A stretch of 64,000 bases of DNA from Candidatus Komeilibacteria bacterium. GTDB lineage: Bacteria > Patescibacteriota > Patescibacteriia > UBA1558. Both the position numbers and the translations under genes were made by a program. A model generated the notes under the pieces. It was not told where the DNA came from. It ran no database searches and saw only the letters and a list, made by a program, of their open reading frames with translations. The DNA lies in assembly GCA_048538235.1 (NCBI GenBank), contig JBLYPX010000001.1:72013-136012 (forward strand), given 5' to 3'. Position 1 is the first letter of the stretch. Each line of letters starts with the position of its first letter. This document shows positions 1-8,871 of this stretch, in pieces.

Positions 1-109
1 TTACTCAGATAATGGTAAAAAAGCACATTGGTTTTCTGGTAAGAACATTGTAATGGTCGCAAAGAAGGTTTAATTTTGCTATAATATTATCTTATTATTA
101 AAATATACT

Positions 110-1225
110 ATGAAGAAAATTTTATTAAGTCTAGCATTGGTATTATTACTTGTTTTACCTTTTGCAATTTATGCTAGTAATGATTTGTATTCTTTAGCAT
201 CAGGTGAAGAACATAATGCCAATATTTATTGGGCAGGAGAGCGAATGATTATTAATGGTGATGTAAATGGAGACATTTATGTTGCTGCTCAAGATATTGA
301 AATTAATGGTACTGTTAAGGGTGATGTAATATTATTGGCTAATAAGTCGGCAATCATTAATGGAATAATTGATGGTAATGTTAGGGGTGCTGTTACAGAG
401 AAGATTTCTATTAATGGAGATATTAAAAGACAATTATCTGTAGCTGCTCAGAATGTATATATAAACGAAGAGGCTAAGGTTGGAGCTACTGCGATTATTT
501 TTGGTTCTAATGTTGAAATGAGAGGAGATATATCTGGTAATTTAGATGGTGGTGCTGAATCATTGTTTATTAGCGGTAAATTAACCCATACTAATGTTAA
601 GGTAGATACTTTAGTTATATCTGAGGCAGCTGAGATTAGAGGTAATGTAAATTATGAGGCTGTGATTGAAGCAGATATTCAAGAGGGTGCAAATATTGCT
701 GGAGAGGTTAATTTTACAGAATCTCAAATTAAAGATTGGTCTAAGTATGAAAAGCCAGGATATTTTGCAGGTAAGTTTTTAAAACTATTATCTCTATTCA
801 TTTTAGGTTTAGTAATATTAAGCTTCTTTAAAAAGCCTACCGTAATGGTAATAAAGAAGATGAAGGATGATCCTGTTAAAGCAATGCTTTGGGGATTGGT
901 TGGATTCTTTGCAATTCCACTGTTAGCAATAGCTTTCGCAATTACAATTGTTGGTTTGCCATTAACTGTTATTCTTATTTGTTCATATATTGTTATTCTA
1001 TACATTTCTACAATATATTCTGCATTACTTATTGGTAGATGGGTAACTGCTAAATTAAAATGGAAAATAACTTGGCCTTGGGCATTATTATTAGGACTTG
1101 TTATTTTAATAATTTTAGTTGCTTTACCATTTATTGGTGGTCTATTCTTCTTTGTAGCAATGTGGTGGGGAATGGGTGGTATTTTACAAGTTAAGAAAGA
1201 ATATCTTCAGATTAAAAAAGATTAA
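110..1225 (+). CDS. Membrane-anchored protein with tandem beta-helix-like repeats (bactofilin/DUF342-like) and a C-terminal multi-pass TM region
   Basis: The N-terminal half has a repeated INGDV/INGTVKGDV/INGIIDGNV/INGDIK periodicity typical of polymer-forming beta-helix (bactofilin-like) folds. The C-terminal 150 aa form about 4 hydrophobic helices. A TATAAT-like -10 lies at about 84-89. Confidence 0.5.
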   Translation: MKKILLSLALVLLLVLPFAIYASNDLYSLASGEEHNANIYWAGERMIINGDVNGDIYVAAQDIEINGTVKGDVILLANKSAIINGIIDGNVRGAVTEKISINGDIKRQLSVAAQNVYINEEAKVGATAIIFGSNVEMRGDISGNLDGGAESLFISGKLTHTNVKVDTLVISEAAEIRGNVNYEAVIEADIQEGANIAGEVNFTESQIKDWSKYEKPGYFAGKFLKLLSLFILGLVILSFFKKPTVMVIKKMKDDPVKAMLWGLVGFFAIPLLAIAFAITIVGLPLTVILICSYIVILYISTIYSALLIGRWVTAKLKWKITWPWALLLGLVILIILVALPFIGGLFFFVAMWWGMGGILQVKKEYLQIKKD

Positions 1226-1275
1226 TTTCTAATATAAAAACAGAGGCGTTGATACGCCTCTGTTTTTGTTTTAAC

Positions 1276-2271
1276 CTATTTTAGTAATCCTACTATATTT
1301 CTAATCTCTGCAATATTTTTATCTGCGATTGCTTGAGCTTTTTTAGCACCTCTAGCTAGTATTGCTTCAACCTTTTTTGGTTTCTTTTCAAGTTTCTTTA
1401 TTCTTTCTTGAATTGGTTTTAATGTTTCAATAATTGCTTCAGCTAATTCTTCTTTCATCTCAGAGTATTTAATAGTACCACTGTCATATTGCTTCTCATA
1501 TCTTTCTACTGTTTCGCTATCTTTAAATAGATGGAGTAGTTCAAAAAGATTATGTACACCTAGAGATTTTTTATCTGCTTGAGCAGGGCCTGTGTCTGTA
1601 ACAGCTTTAGCTACCTTTGCTTTAATTGTCTCAGGATCGTCTCTTAAGGCAATGTAGTTACTTTCCCCTAAAGACTTACTCATTTTCTTTTCTGGTTTAG
1701 TGAGTGACATTATTCTAGCACCTTTGGTAAGTAGTGGTTTTACAGGACTAAAGAATAAACCATATTTGTTATTGAACTTTCTTAAAATAGTATTAGCTAA
1801 TTCAATATGTTGAACTTGATCTTCACCAATCGGTACAACCTCAGCTTTGTAGATTAGAATGTCAGCTGCTTGTAAAACAGGGTAGTCAAATAGTCCAACA
1901 TTAATATTGTTCTTATTCTGTTTAGACTTATCTTTATACTGGGTCATTCTTTCTAATTCAGACATCGGTGTTAAAGTATTAAAGATCCAATTAAGATCTG
2001 TATGTCCTTTAACCTGCGATTGTACAAATAGAATAGATTTCTTTGGATCAACACCAATAGCAAGTAGATCAATAGCTGTTTCTATTACTCTTTGTTTATA
2101 CTCTTTAGGATCTTGATCAATTGTTAAGGCATGCCAGTCTACAATAGAATAAATAGCAGTGTATTTATCTTGCAGGTCTACCCAGTTTTTTAATGCACCT
2201 AAATAGTTCCCAATGTGTATATTACCGGTTGGTTGTATGCCTGAGAATAGTGTTTTTTTATCTTCTGTCAT
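1276..2271 (-). CDS. trpS: Tryptophan--tRNA ligase
   Basis: Class I aaRS HIGH motif (TGNIHIGNYLGA) near the N-terminus and KMSKS motif (KMSKSLG). The length of 331 aa is typical of bacterial TrpRS. Confidence 0.88.
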   Translation of the reverse strand: MTEDKKTLFSGIQPTGNIHIGNYLGALKNWVDLQDKYTAIYSIVDWHALTIDQDPKEYKQRVIETAIDLLAIGVDPKKSILFVQSQVKGHTDLNWIFNTLTPMSELERMTQYKDKSKQNKNNINVGLFDYPVLQAADILIYKAEVVPIGEDQVQHIELANTILRKFNNKYGLFFSPVKPLLTKGARIMSLTKPEKKMSKSLGESNYIALRDDPETIKAKVAKAVTDTGPAQADKKSLGVHNLFELLHLFKDSETVERYEKQYDSGTIKYSEMKEELAEAIIETLKPIQERIKKLEKKPKKVEAILARGAKKAQAIADKNIAEIRNIVGLLK

Positions 2272-2306
2272 ATTTGTATTTTAACATATTTTGTTAAAAC
2301 TATCAC

Positions 2307-4085
2307 TTAGACTTCAATTAACACTGGCAGAACCATTGGCCTACGTTGTGTTTTTGTGAATAAGAATTGTCCAATTTCATTACGTATTTTGTCTTTTAGA
2401 TAAGTATCATTAGCAGGTTGTTTTGGATCATTATCTTTAAGTATAGACTTTATCTTAGATCTTGTTTGTTCAACCAGTTTCTTATTCTCTTTCATATATA
2501 TGAAACCACGAGAAATAATATCTGGTGATTGAATTAATTTGCCAGTTTTGGCATCAATAGTAGCAATAACAACTAACATGCCGTCACCAGCCATTACTTG
2601 TCTATCTCTTAAAACAACATTAGAAACATCACCAACACCAAGTCCATCTACAAAGACATAATCTGAAGGCACTCTATTATTTGTTAGCCTACCACCAGTC
2701 TTGGTGAACTCCATTACTTGTCCATTGTCTGCAACAAAAATCTTTTTAGGATCTACACCAGCTTCCTCAGCAATTTTAGCGTGAATCTTTAGGAAAGAAT
2801 GATTACCTTCAATTGGAATAAAGTATTGAGGTCTAACTAAATTAATTATTAACTTCAAATCTTCTTTACGAGCGTGACCACCAGCGTGAATATCCATCAT
2901 TTTATAGTGAACAACATTAGCTCCTAGTCTGTACATTGAGTCTTTTAATTTTTGAACAGATCTTTCATTACCAGGAATAACAGATGATGAAAAGACTACT
3001 GTGTCAGATTTTTCAATTCTAATTGTACGATGTTCTCTATTAGCTATTCTCATTAAAACAGCTCTACCTTCACCTTGAGCACCAGTACATAAAACTAGAA
3101 TTTTATCTGAAGGATAGTTTTTCATCTGTTCAGCTGTAATTAAAGTGCCTTTGTTTGCTTTAATGTATCCAAGCTCTTTAGCAATTTCAACATTAGATTT
3201 CATACTATAACCTTCAATTACAACTTTCTTATCAAACTTTTCTGCAGCCCAAATAATTTGTTGGATTCTTCCTAATAGGGAAGCAAATGTTCCAACAATA
3301 ATTCTACCCGGTGCACTACGAATAATTTCATCTAAGTTTCCTTGAATTTCAAGTTCAGATAATTGGTGACCTGGTTGAGGTGCATTAGTTGAGTCAGAAA
3401 GAAGTGCTAAAACCTTTTTGTCTGCTAGTCTGGCAATCTTACCAATCTCAGCTGGAGTATCTCCACTAACGTCCATATCTAGTTTAAAGTCACCAGTGTG
3501 AACAATTAAACCTAAGGGTGTTTTAATAATTACACCCATAGAAGTTGGAATATTGTGAGAAACACCAAAGAATTCTAGTTCAAAGATACCTAGTTTAATC
3601 TTATCGTCTGTTGTTACCATTTTAGAGTTTAACTTAGGCGCATCCTTAAAATCTAATTGTCTTTTTTCAATCATAGCGATTGAAAGGTCAGAAGAGAAGA
3701 TAGGTGGATTACCTAGTTTTTTCATCATGTGAGGTATGCCACCAATATGATCATAGTGAGCGTGAGTAATAATTACACCTCTAATATTCTTTTCTTTACC
3801 TTTTAAGTAGTCAATATTTGGAATAATGTAATCTACACCTGGCATGTCTTCTTCAGGAAACTGCAAGCCCATATCTATAATAATAATGTCTTGTCCATAT
3901 TCAAGAATAGTCATGTTTCTACCGACTTCTTCATTTCCACCCATAACAATAACCTTTAGCTTATTAGCACCAAAGGTTGGTTGCTTTTTAGCAGTGTTTG
4001 TTTGTTTTGAGTAGTTCTTTGCGCGGGCTGTTGTTCTACGCCCGGCTCTGTAAGCTCCTCTTTTAGGAGCAGTTTTCTTAATCAT
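2307..4085 (-). CDS. rnj: Ribonuclease J (metallo-beta-lactamase/beta-CASP RNase) with a basic N-terminal extension
   Basis: HxHxDH zinc motif (THAHYDHIGG) and beta-CASP architecture at about 590 aa. The first roughly 45 aa are K/R/A-rich low complexity. Confidence 0.85.
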   Translation of the reverse strand: MIKKTAPKRGAYRAGRRTTARAKNYSKQTNTAKKQPTFGANKLKVIVMGGNEEVGRNMTILEYGQDIIIIDMGLQFPEEDMPGVDYIIPNIDYLKGKEKNIRGVIITHAHYDHIGGIPHMMKKLGNPPIFSSDLSIAMIEKRQLDFKDAPKLNSKMVTTDDKIKLGIFELEFFGVSHNIPTSMGVIIKTPLGLIVHTGDFKLDMDVSGDTPAEIGKIARLADKKVLALLSDSTNAPQPGHQLSELEIQGNLDEIIRSAPGRIIVGTFASLLGRIQQIIWAAEKFDKKVVIEGYSMKSNVEIAKELGYIKANKGTLITAEQMKNYPSDKILVLCTGAQGEGRAVLMRIANREHRTIRIEKSDTVVFSSSVIPGNERSVQKLKDSMYRLGANVVHYKMMDIHAGGHARKEDLKLIINLVRPQYFIPIEGNHSFLKIHAKIAEEAGVDPKKIFVADNGQVMEFTKTGGRLTNNRVPSDYVFVDGLGVGDVSNVVLRDRQVMAGDGMLVVIATIDAKTGKLIQSPDIISRGFIYMKENKKLVEQTRSKIKSILKDNDPKQPANDTYLKDKIRNEIGQFLFTKTQRRPMVLPVLIEV

Positions 4086-4123
4086 AAAATTTTTAAATTA
4101 TTTTGTAATAAATTTTTAATGCA

Positions 4124-4210
4124 TGGTGCCAGAGGTGGGAGTTGAACCCACATGCTTGTTTAAGCACACGAACCTGAATCGTGCGTGTCTACCAATTTCA
4201 CCACTCTGGC
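4124..4210 (-). tRNA. tRNA-Leu (anticodon CAG)
   Basis: Reverse complement reads GCCAGAGTGGTGAAATTGGTAGACAC...CACGA-TTCAGGT-TCGTG...GGTTCAACTCCCACCTCTGGCACCA. It has a long variable arm and an encoded CCA end. Anticodon loop TTCAGGT gives CAG. Confidence 0.8.
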
Positions 4211-4220
4211 TTGTATTAAT

Positions 4221-6062
4221 TTATTGAACCTCTTGTTTTTGCCAAGAGAATTCACGTTGAGTCTTAATATACCAGTTTGTGATATTATTGAACCTATCTG
4301 CTGGGGTAGTGATATGTTCAGTATTAATATCTTTTATCTTTTTTGTAACAGGATAAATATGTATAGGGTTATACAGGAAAATAGCTGGAACATGATCTGT
4401 TAAGATTTGTTGGAATTCTACATACTTAGTAGCTCTGTCTGTTTCATCTGTAATTGTTCTAGCTTGTTCTAATAGATCGTCTATGCCTTTGTGACCCCAA
4501 ACGCTTAAGTTTACACCGGGGCTAGTAATCTGTGATGAGTGCCAGAAAGGAAATGGATCTGATTTTATAATCTGACCAAATAGTAGTGCCTCATAATTAC
4601 GTGTTTCTATAGCACTAGACTTTATTCTATCTTTAGGAATAATTTCTAAACTTGTTTTTACACCAACTGCTTCCCAGTTTTGTTTAACAATCTCTACCAC
4701 CCCTTCATATTCTGGATTAGCAACAGTAGCTAGAGCAATTGTTAATTCAGTTCCGTTCTTTGTTCTGTACCTACCATTCTCTGGAATTAACCAACCAGTT
4801 TTGTCCAGTAGTTCATTAGCTTTAGCTTGATCATAGGTATAATGTGTTAAATCTTCTGTATAGCCTAGATATCCAGGGAGAATAGGACCATCGATCAACT
4901 TACCCTCTTGGTGTAATGATTCATCCAATACTCTTTGTCTATCTATGGCATAAGCTAACCCTTGTCTTAAAGCTTTATCTTTTAATAGATCATTCTTCTG
5001 TGTATTAAAAAATATTGCTGTATATTGTGGCAAACTTAAATTATTGAAAACAATATTTTTATTCTTAGCTAGCTCATCTCTATTTTCTTTTGGTAATAGA
5101 TTTAAACCTTCAACATTATCGTTCTTAAGAGCTTGTACTCCTGTTTCATAATCTCCATAAAACTTAAAAGAAATAGTATCTAAATATGGTGGCTTATTAT
5201 GGTAATCCTCATATCTAGAAAATTCCATGGTACGGATATTACCATTCTTATCTTTAGTTAAAGAAGTAAATTTAAACGGTCCAGTACCAATTGGTTTTTT
5301 ATTAAGCTCAACCAAAGTAACATTATTACTTGGTACAGCCAGCCATAAATGCTCTGGAATAATACCCACTGTTAAACTACTTAAGAAATTAGCAAGTGGT
5401 TCAGAGATTGTAAACTTAACAATATATTCATCTAGCTTTTCTACTTTAACATTAGCAAAGACAAGTCTATGTGGACTTTGCCAATTAGGATCTTGAATAC
5501 TAATAATGGTAAAGACAACATCATCAGCTGTCATTGGTTCACCATCGTGCCAATAAATATTCTCCTTTAATGTAAAAGTATATTCTTTTTGATCAGGACT
5601 AATAGTTAAAGCTTTTGCTAAATCTAATTCTAAACTTCCTAAATCGTCATATTTTAAAAGTCCATTAAAGACCAACTTTGTTAAATCTCTATCTACGTCA
5701 TTATATTGAGACAAGAGAGGATTGATATAGTTTGGTGAACCAACCAGTCCTTCTGTATAATCTCCACCATTAGTTGGTATTAATATAGTGTGTGACCAAT
5801 AAAAACTAAACAGTAATAATATGACAGCAAAACCAATCACAAAAGAACTAATCTTAACGATTTTCTTTTCAGATTCGTTTAAGTATTTGTTTACATGACG
5901 AAGTTGTTGCCAAGTAGGAAATTGAGTCTTCTTAAGCTTTTGAATAGCTTGTTTATCTAATTGCTCAAAATCCGGTGATTCTTCATCGGATGAAACACTA
6001 TTATTATTTGCGTTGTTTTTTTTCTTAGCTCGTGCTAAAAAATCTAACTTTGGCTTAAGCAC
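4221..6062 (-). CDS. ABC transporter substrate-binding protein, family 5 (oligopeptide/dipeptide-type), N-terminally membrane-anchored
   Basis: A 613-aa protein with a K-rich N-terminus followed by one TM helix. Overall architecture and conserved segments match extracellular solute-binding protein family 5 (OppA/DppA-like). Confidence 0.65.
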   Translation of the reverse strand: MLKPKLDFLARAKKKNNANNNSVSSDEESPDFEQLDKQAIQKLKKTQFPTWQQLRHVNKYLNESEKKIVKISSFVIGFAVILLLFSFYWSHTILIPTNGGDYTEGLVGSPNYINPLLSQYNDVDRDLTKLVFNGLLKYDDLGSLELDLAKALTISPDQKEYTFTLKENIYWHDGEPMTADDVVFTIISIQDPNWQSPHRLVFANVKVEKLDEYIVKFTISEPLANFLSSLTVGIIPEHLWLAVPSNNVTLVELNKKPIGTGPFKFTSLTKDKNGNIRTMEFSRYEDYHNKPPYLDTISFKFYGDYETGVQALKNDNVEGLNLLPKENRDELAKNKNIVFNNLSLPQYTAIFFNTQKNDLLKDKALRQGLAYAIDRQRVLDESLHQEGKLIDGPILPGYLGYTEDLTHYTYDQAKANELLDKTGWLIPENGRYRTKNGTELTIALATVANPEYEGVVEIVKQNWEAVGVKTSLEIIPKDRIKSSAIETRNYEALLFGQIIKSDPFPFWHSSQITSPGVNLSVWGHKGIDDLLEQARTITDETDRATKYVEFQQILTDHVPAIFLYNPIHIYPVTKKIKDINTEHITTPADRFNNITNWYIKTQREFSWQKQEVQ

Positions 6063-6079
6063 AGGATAATGTGAGTTAA

Positions 6080-6298
6080 TTAACTAATGAAAAGATTAGC
6101 TAAAGATAATCCTAAAAATAGTATTGCTAGTATTATTGTTGCTGTGAAGATTGTTTTTTCTGCACCACGTTTTGTACGGTAACCAGAACTTTCACCACCA
6201 AAGGCAGAACCTAAACCAGAACTGCTACTTTGCATTAGCACAGCAATAATAAGTAAGATCGAAACTACAATTTGTGATATCTGTATTATTTGTTGCAT
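6080..6298 (-). CDS. secG: Preprotein translocase subunit SecG
   Basis: A 72-aa two-TM protein with a glycine/serine-rich central loop (SSSSGLGSAFGGESSG) characteristic of SecG. Confidence 0.65.
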   Translation of the reverse strand: MQQIIQISQIVVSILLIIAVLMQSSSSGLGSAFGGESSGYRTKRGAEKTIFTATIILAILFLGLSLANLFIS

Positions 6299-6347
6299 AG
6301 TTTTTTATAATAGAATGATAACAGATTAACAGAAGATTATCAAACTG

Positions 6348-8033
6348 TCAAGCCTTCTTGATTATATCTGTTTTATGTTTACCAATAAGCTTAATTAGCT
6401 CTTTTTCATTAGCTGTCTGTATTTTATGCCAAGAGCCGTATTTATCTTTAAGTATTTTCTTTGTTTTAGGACCAATACCTGTTAAATTGTCTAATTGGGA
6501 GCTAGTACTAATATTTTGATGAGTTTTTCTGTAAAAACTAATAGCAAATCTATGAGCTTCATCTCTCATTCTTTGCAAAAGGAAATATCCTTCAGAACCT
6601 GGTTTAAACCGTATTACTTCTTGTTCGGGAGTATGTATTAACTCTTCTTTTTTAGCCAGTGCTACAATTCTGTCTCTAGGTACTTCTTTTATCTTTAGTA
6701 CTGTAGATAGTTGTGGTTTACCACCATCTAAGATTATGAGGTCGGGATTAGGCCAATCTTTGTGAGCTAGTCTTCTTTTAACAACCTCCTGCATCATATG
6801 ATGATCATCTGGTCCCGTAATACTTTTAATCTTAAACTTTCTATACTGGCTTTTATTTGGTTTACCATCTGTAAATACAACCATAGAACCAACTGCATAA
6901 ACACCTTGTATATTAGAGATATCATAAGTTTCAATTCTCTTAAGCTTATGTTTTAAATTCAAACCTTTTTGTAATTGGTTTAAAGCTTTAGAAATTTTAC
7001 TGTCATCTTTTTCCCAAGAGTGTAGTTGTTTACTAGCATAGTCTTTAGCATTAACCAATCCTAATTTTAATAGTTTTAACTTATCTCCTTTTTTAGGAAT
7101 AATGTTCTTAATTTCAGTATTTAATTTGTAATTACTAATAACGCTTTTTGGTATATCTGTTGTTTGAGAATAGTATTGTAAACAAAACTCATTTAAAACA
7201 TCTACTTCTTTTAACTCTTCTTTATGATTAATAGTAAAGTTTCTTTGTTCAATTAATTTACCACTTCTAACTTTAAAGAGATTAATGACCGAAGTTTTAT
7301 CTTTTAAGTAAATAGTTAAATAATCTTCATTGTTTTTGTTATTAGAAACAACTCTTTGTTTTGTTTGCAGACTTTTAATAGCTAGGATGTAATCTCTGTA
7401 GGTTGCTGCTAGCTCATAATTCTTTTCATTAGAAGCTATTTCCATCTTCTCTGTTAAGCTTTTAATAATATCTGCATTATGACCAGAAAGTAACTGTATT
7501 ACTTGTTTAATAATATTATTGTATTTAGTTTTGCTAATTTTAGACTTACTAATGTTCTTTTGATGTTGCCAATATTTATCCCAACCTATTTCTCCAGCAA
7601 TTATCTTTTTAATTAACTTAACAGTTCTATGTACAGCTGTGCCAGAAGTATATGGACCAAAGTATTTTACCTTATTATTCAATTGAAAATTTCTAGTTGT
7701 TTGTATATTTGGATAATCTTCATTAAAATCTATCTTAATGTAGAGAAAATATTTATCGTCTTTAAGATCAATATTAAATGGCGGTTGATGTTTTCTAATT
7801 AAAGTTCTTTCTAAAAGTAATGCCTCTGTTTCATTATCTACAATAGTATATTTAATATGCTTAATATTATTTACCATTGTTCTTTTAGCAGGGGATAGAT
7901 CAGCACTCCTGCTAAAATATGATTTCACTCTATTACTCAAATTCTTAGCCTTACCAATGTAAAGAATGTCCTTGTTTTTATCTAAGAATTGGTAAATGCC
8001 CGGTTTTTTAGGAATAGTACATAATTTAATCAT
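6348..8033 (-). CDS. uvrC: Excinuclease ABC subunit C
   Basis: N-terminal GIY-YIG motif (PGIYQFLDKNKDILYIGKAKNLSNRVKSY), UvrBC-interacting middle region and C-terminal RNase H-like/HhH region. Length 561 aa. Confidence 0.9.
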   Translation of the reverse strand: MIKLCTIPKKPGIYQFLDKNKDILYIGKAKNLSNRVKSYFSRSADLSPAKRTMVNNIKHIKYTIVDNETEALLLERTLIRKHQPPFNIDLKDDKYFLYIKIDFNEDYPNIQTTRNFQLNNKVKYFGPYTSGTAVHRTVKLIKKIIAGEIGWDKYWQHQKNISKSKISKTKYNNIIKQVIQLLSGHNADIIKSLTEKMEIASNEKNYELAATYRDYILAIKSLQTKQRVVSNNKNNEDYLTIYLKDKTSVINLFKVRSGKLIEQRNFTINHKEELKEVDVLNEFCLQYYSQTTDIPKSVISNYKLNTEIKNIIPKKGDKLKLLKLGLVNAKDYASKQLHSWEKDDSKISKALNQLQKGLNLKHKLKRIETYDISNIQGVYAVGSMVVFTDGKPNKSQYRKFKIKSITGPDDHHMMQEVVKRRLAHKDWPNPDLIILDGGKPQLSTVLKIKEVPRDRIVALAKKEELIHTPEQEVIRFKPGSEGYFLLQRMRDEAHRFAISFYRKTHQNISTSSQLDNLTGIGPKTKKILKDKYGSWHKIQTANEKELIKLIGKHKTDIIKKA

Positions 8034-8103
8034 GATCTAATTTTACTATATACATTATTAATAGCAAATATGGCTAATATTAGCTAAATAATACATAAAT
8101 CCC

Positions 8104-8132
8104 TTGACAAAATGTTAAATATGGTGTATAGT
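8104..8132 (+). promoter_or_regulatory. Sigma-70-like promoter (TTGACA -17- TATAGT)
   Basis: TTGACA at 8104-8109, a 17-nt spacer, and TATAGT at 8127-8132. It points into a roughly 300-nt non-coding stretch. Confidence 0.45.
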
Positions 8133-8139
8133 ACTATAT

Positions 8140-8439
8140 TAACATAGTTAATTAGTCGTTTGAAAAGGAGAGAGTTAATTGCTATTTATCTGGTTTGCCC
8201 CAGGTTATAGCTTCAGATAATTACTTAAGACTAATCTGGTCTAACTAGATTGCTCCTATGGTATTTATCCCTAGTTTAAGCGGATAATCTATTATCCATA
8301 ACTTAAACCCAACTCTCTTGCTTTTAAACGATTAATTACAAATAAGTCCAGAGTATGGCGGAGGTTTGTGCAATGTACTGACAAGGCTAAAAATAACAAT
8401 TGGGCTTAAAAAGGGACAGAAACTGTTCCTTTTTATTTT
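8140..8439 (+). ncRNA. Candidate structured small RNA (about 300 nt) of unknown class, bounded by a promoter and an intrinsic terminator
   Basis: No ORF is present. There is a long-range complementarity (AAGGAGAGAGTT at about 8160 with AACTCTCTTGC at about 8312) and a 3' hairpin GGGACAG-AAA-CTGTTCC followed by TTTTTATTTT (8413-8439). I could not match RNase P, tmRNA, SRP or 6S consensus by eye. Confidence 0.3.
8413..8439 (+). terminator. Rho-independent terminator
   Basis: Hairpin GGGACAG/CTGTTCC (one G-U pair) followed by a T-run. Confidence 0.5.
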
Positions 8440-8512
8440 GCATTGACAATTTGTCTTTTATTTGTTAATTTCAATTTAATCATTCATTTAAAACAAACAA
8501 AGAGGAGGCTAT

Positions 8513-8755
8513 ATGAGTGCAAGAGTAAGGCCCAAAGGAATAAAGTCAACGGATTTTCCTTTATTTCGCAAGATTGAAGATCTCATTGTTGCTGGAGGAA
8601 CTTACGATGGGATGCGACCTTTTGGTATCACTTGGGGGCACGAAAGGGGTGATGTGCCCGTAGTGCTTCTTCACAATCCAGGCACTGATCCGTGGACCAC
8701 CAAGGTTCCTTTTTCCAAGATCAATACATCTTTGATCAACACAACAGCGGCCTGA
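8513..8755 (+). CDS. Small G+C-rich ORF (80 aa) of unknown function with a strong SD, its own promoter and its own terminator
   Basis: GAGGAGG lies 4 nt upstream of the ATG, and TTGACA is at 8443-8448. The region is visibly higher in G+C than its flanks and uses codons (GGG, CAC, CCC, GTG) that are rare elsewhere in the window. A perfect terminator hairpin lies at 8767-8797. It could alternatively be a structured RNA. Confidence 0.3.
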   Translation: MSARVRPKGIKSTDFPLFRKIEDLIVAGGTYDGMRPFGITWGHERGDVPVVLLHNPGTDPWTTKVPFSKINTSLINTTAA

Positions 8756-8766
8756 CAACCTTAACC

Positions 8767-8797
8767 GAGGGACGAACAATTCGTCCCTCTTTTATTT
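8767..8797 (+). terminator. Rho-independent terminator
   Basis: Perfect hairpin GAGGGACGAA-CAA-TTCGTCCCTC followed by TTTTATTT. Confidence 0.6.
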
Positions 8798-8871
8798 GTT
8801 TATCTTTTATCCTTGACAAGAACCTTTTTAGTATATATAATACGTGTTGATTTAATTTACCTCACATAATT

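Noticed and set aside
724-1005. A 93-aa minus-strand ORF
   Set aside because: It is nested antisense inside the well-supported 371-aa repeat/membrane protein gene. It has no RBS and has AT-rich chance-ORF characteristics.
8561-8779. A 72-aa minus-strand ORF in the uvrC-uvrA spacer
   Set aside because: It is antisense to the + strand 80-aa ORF, which has a perfect SD, promoter and terminator. The minus ORF has no ribosome-binding site, and the flanking promoter, SD and terminator are all oriented for the + strand.
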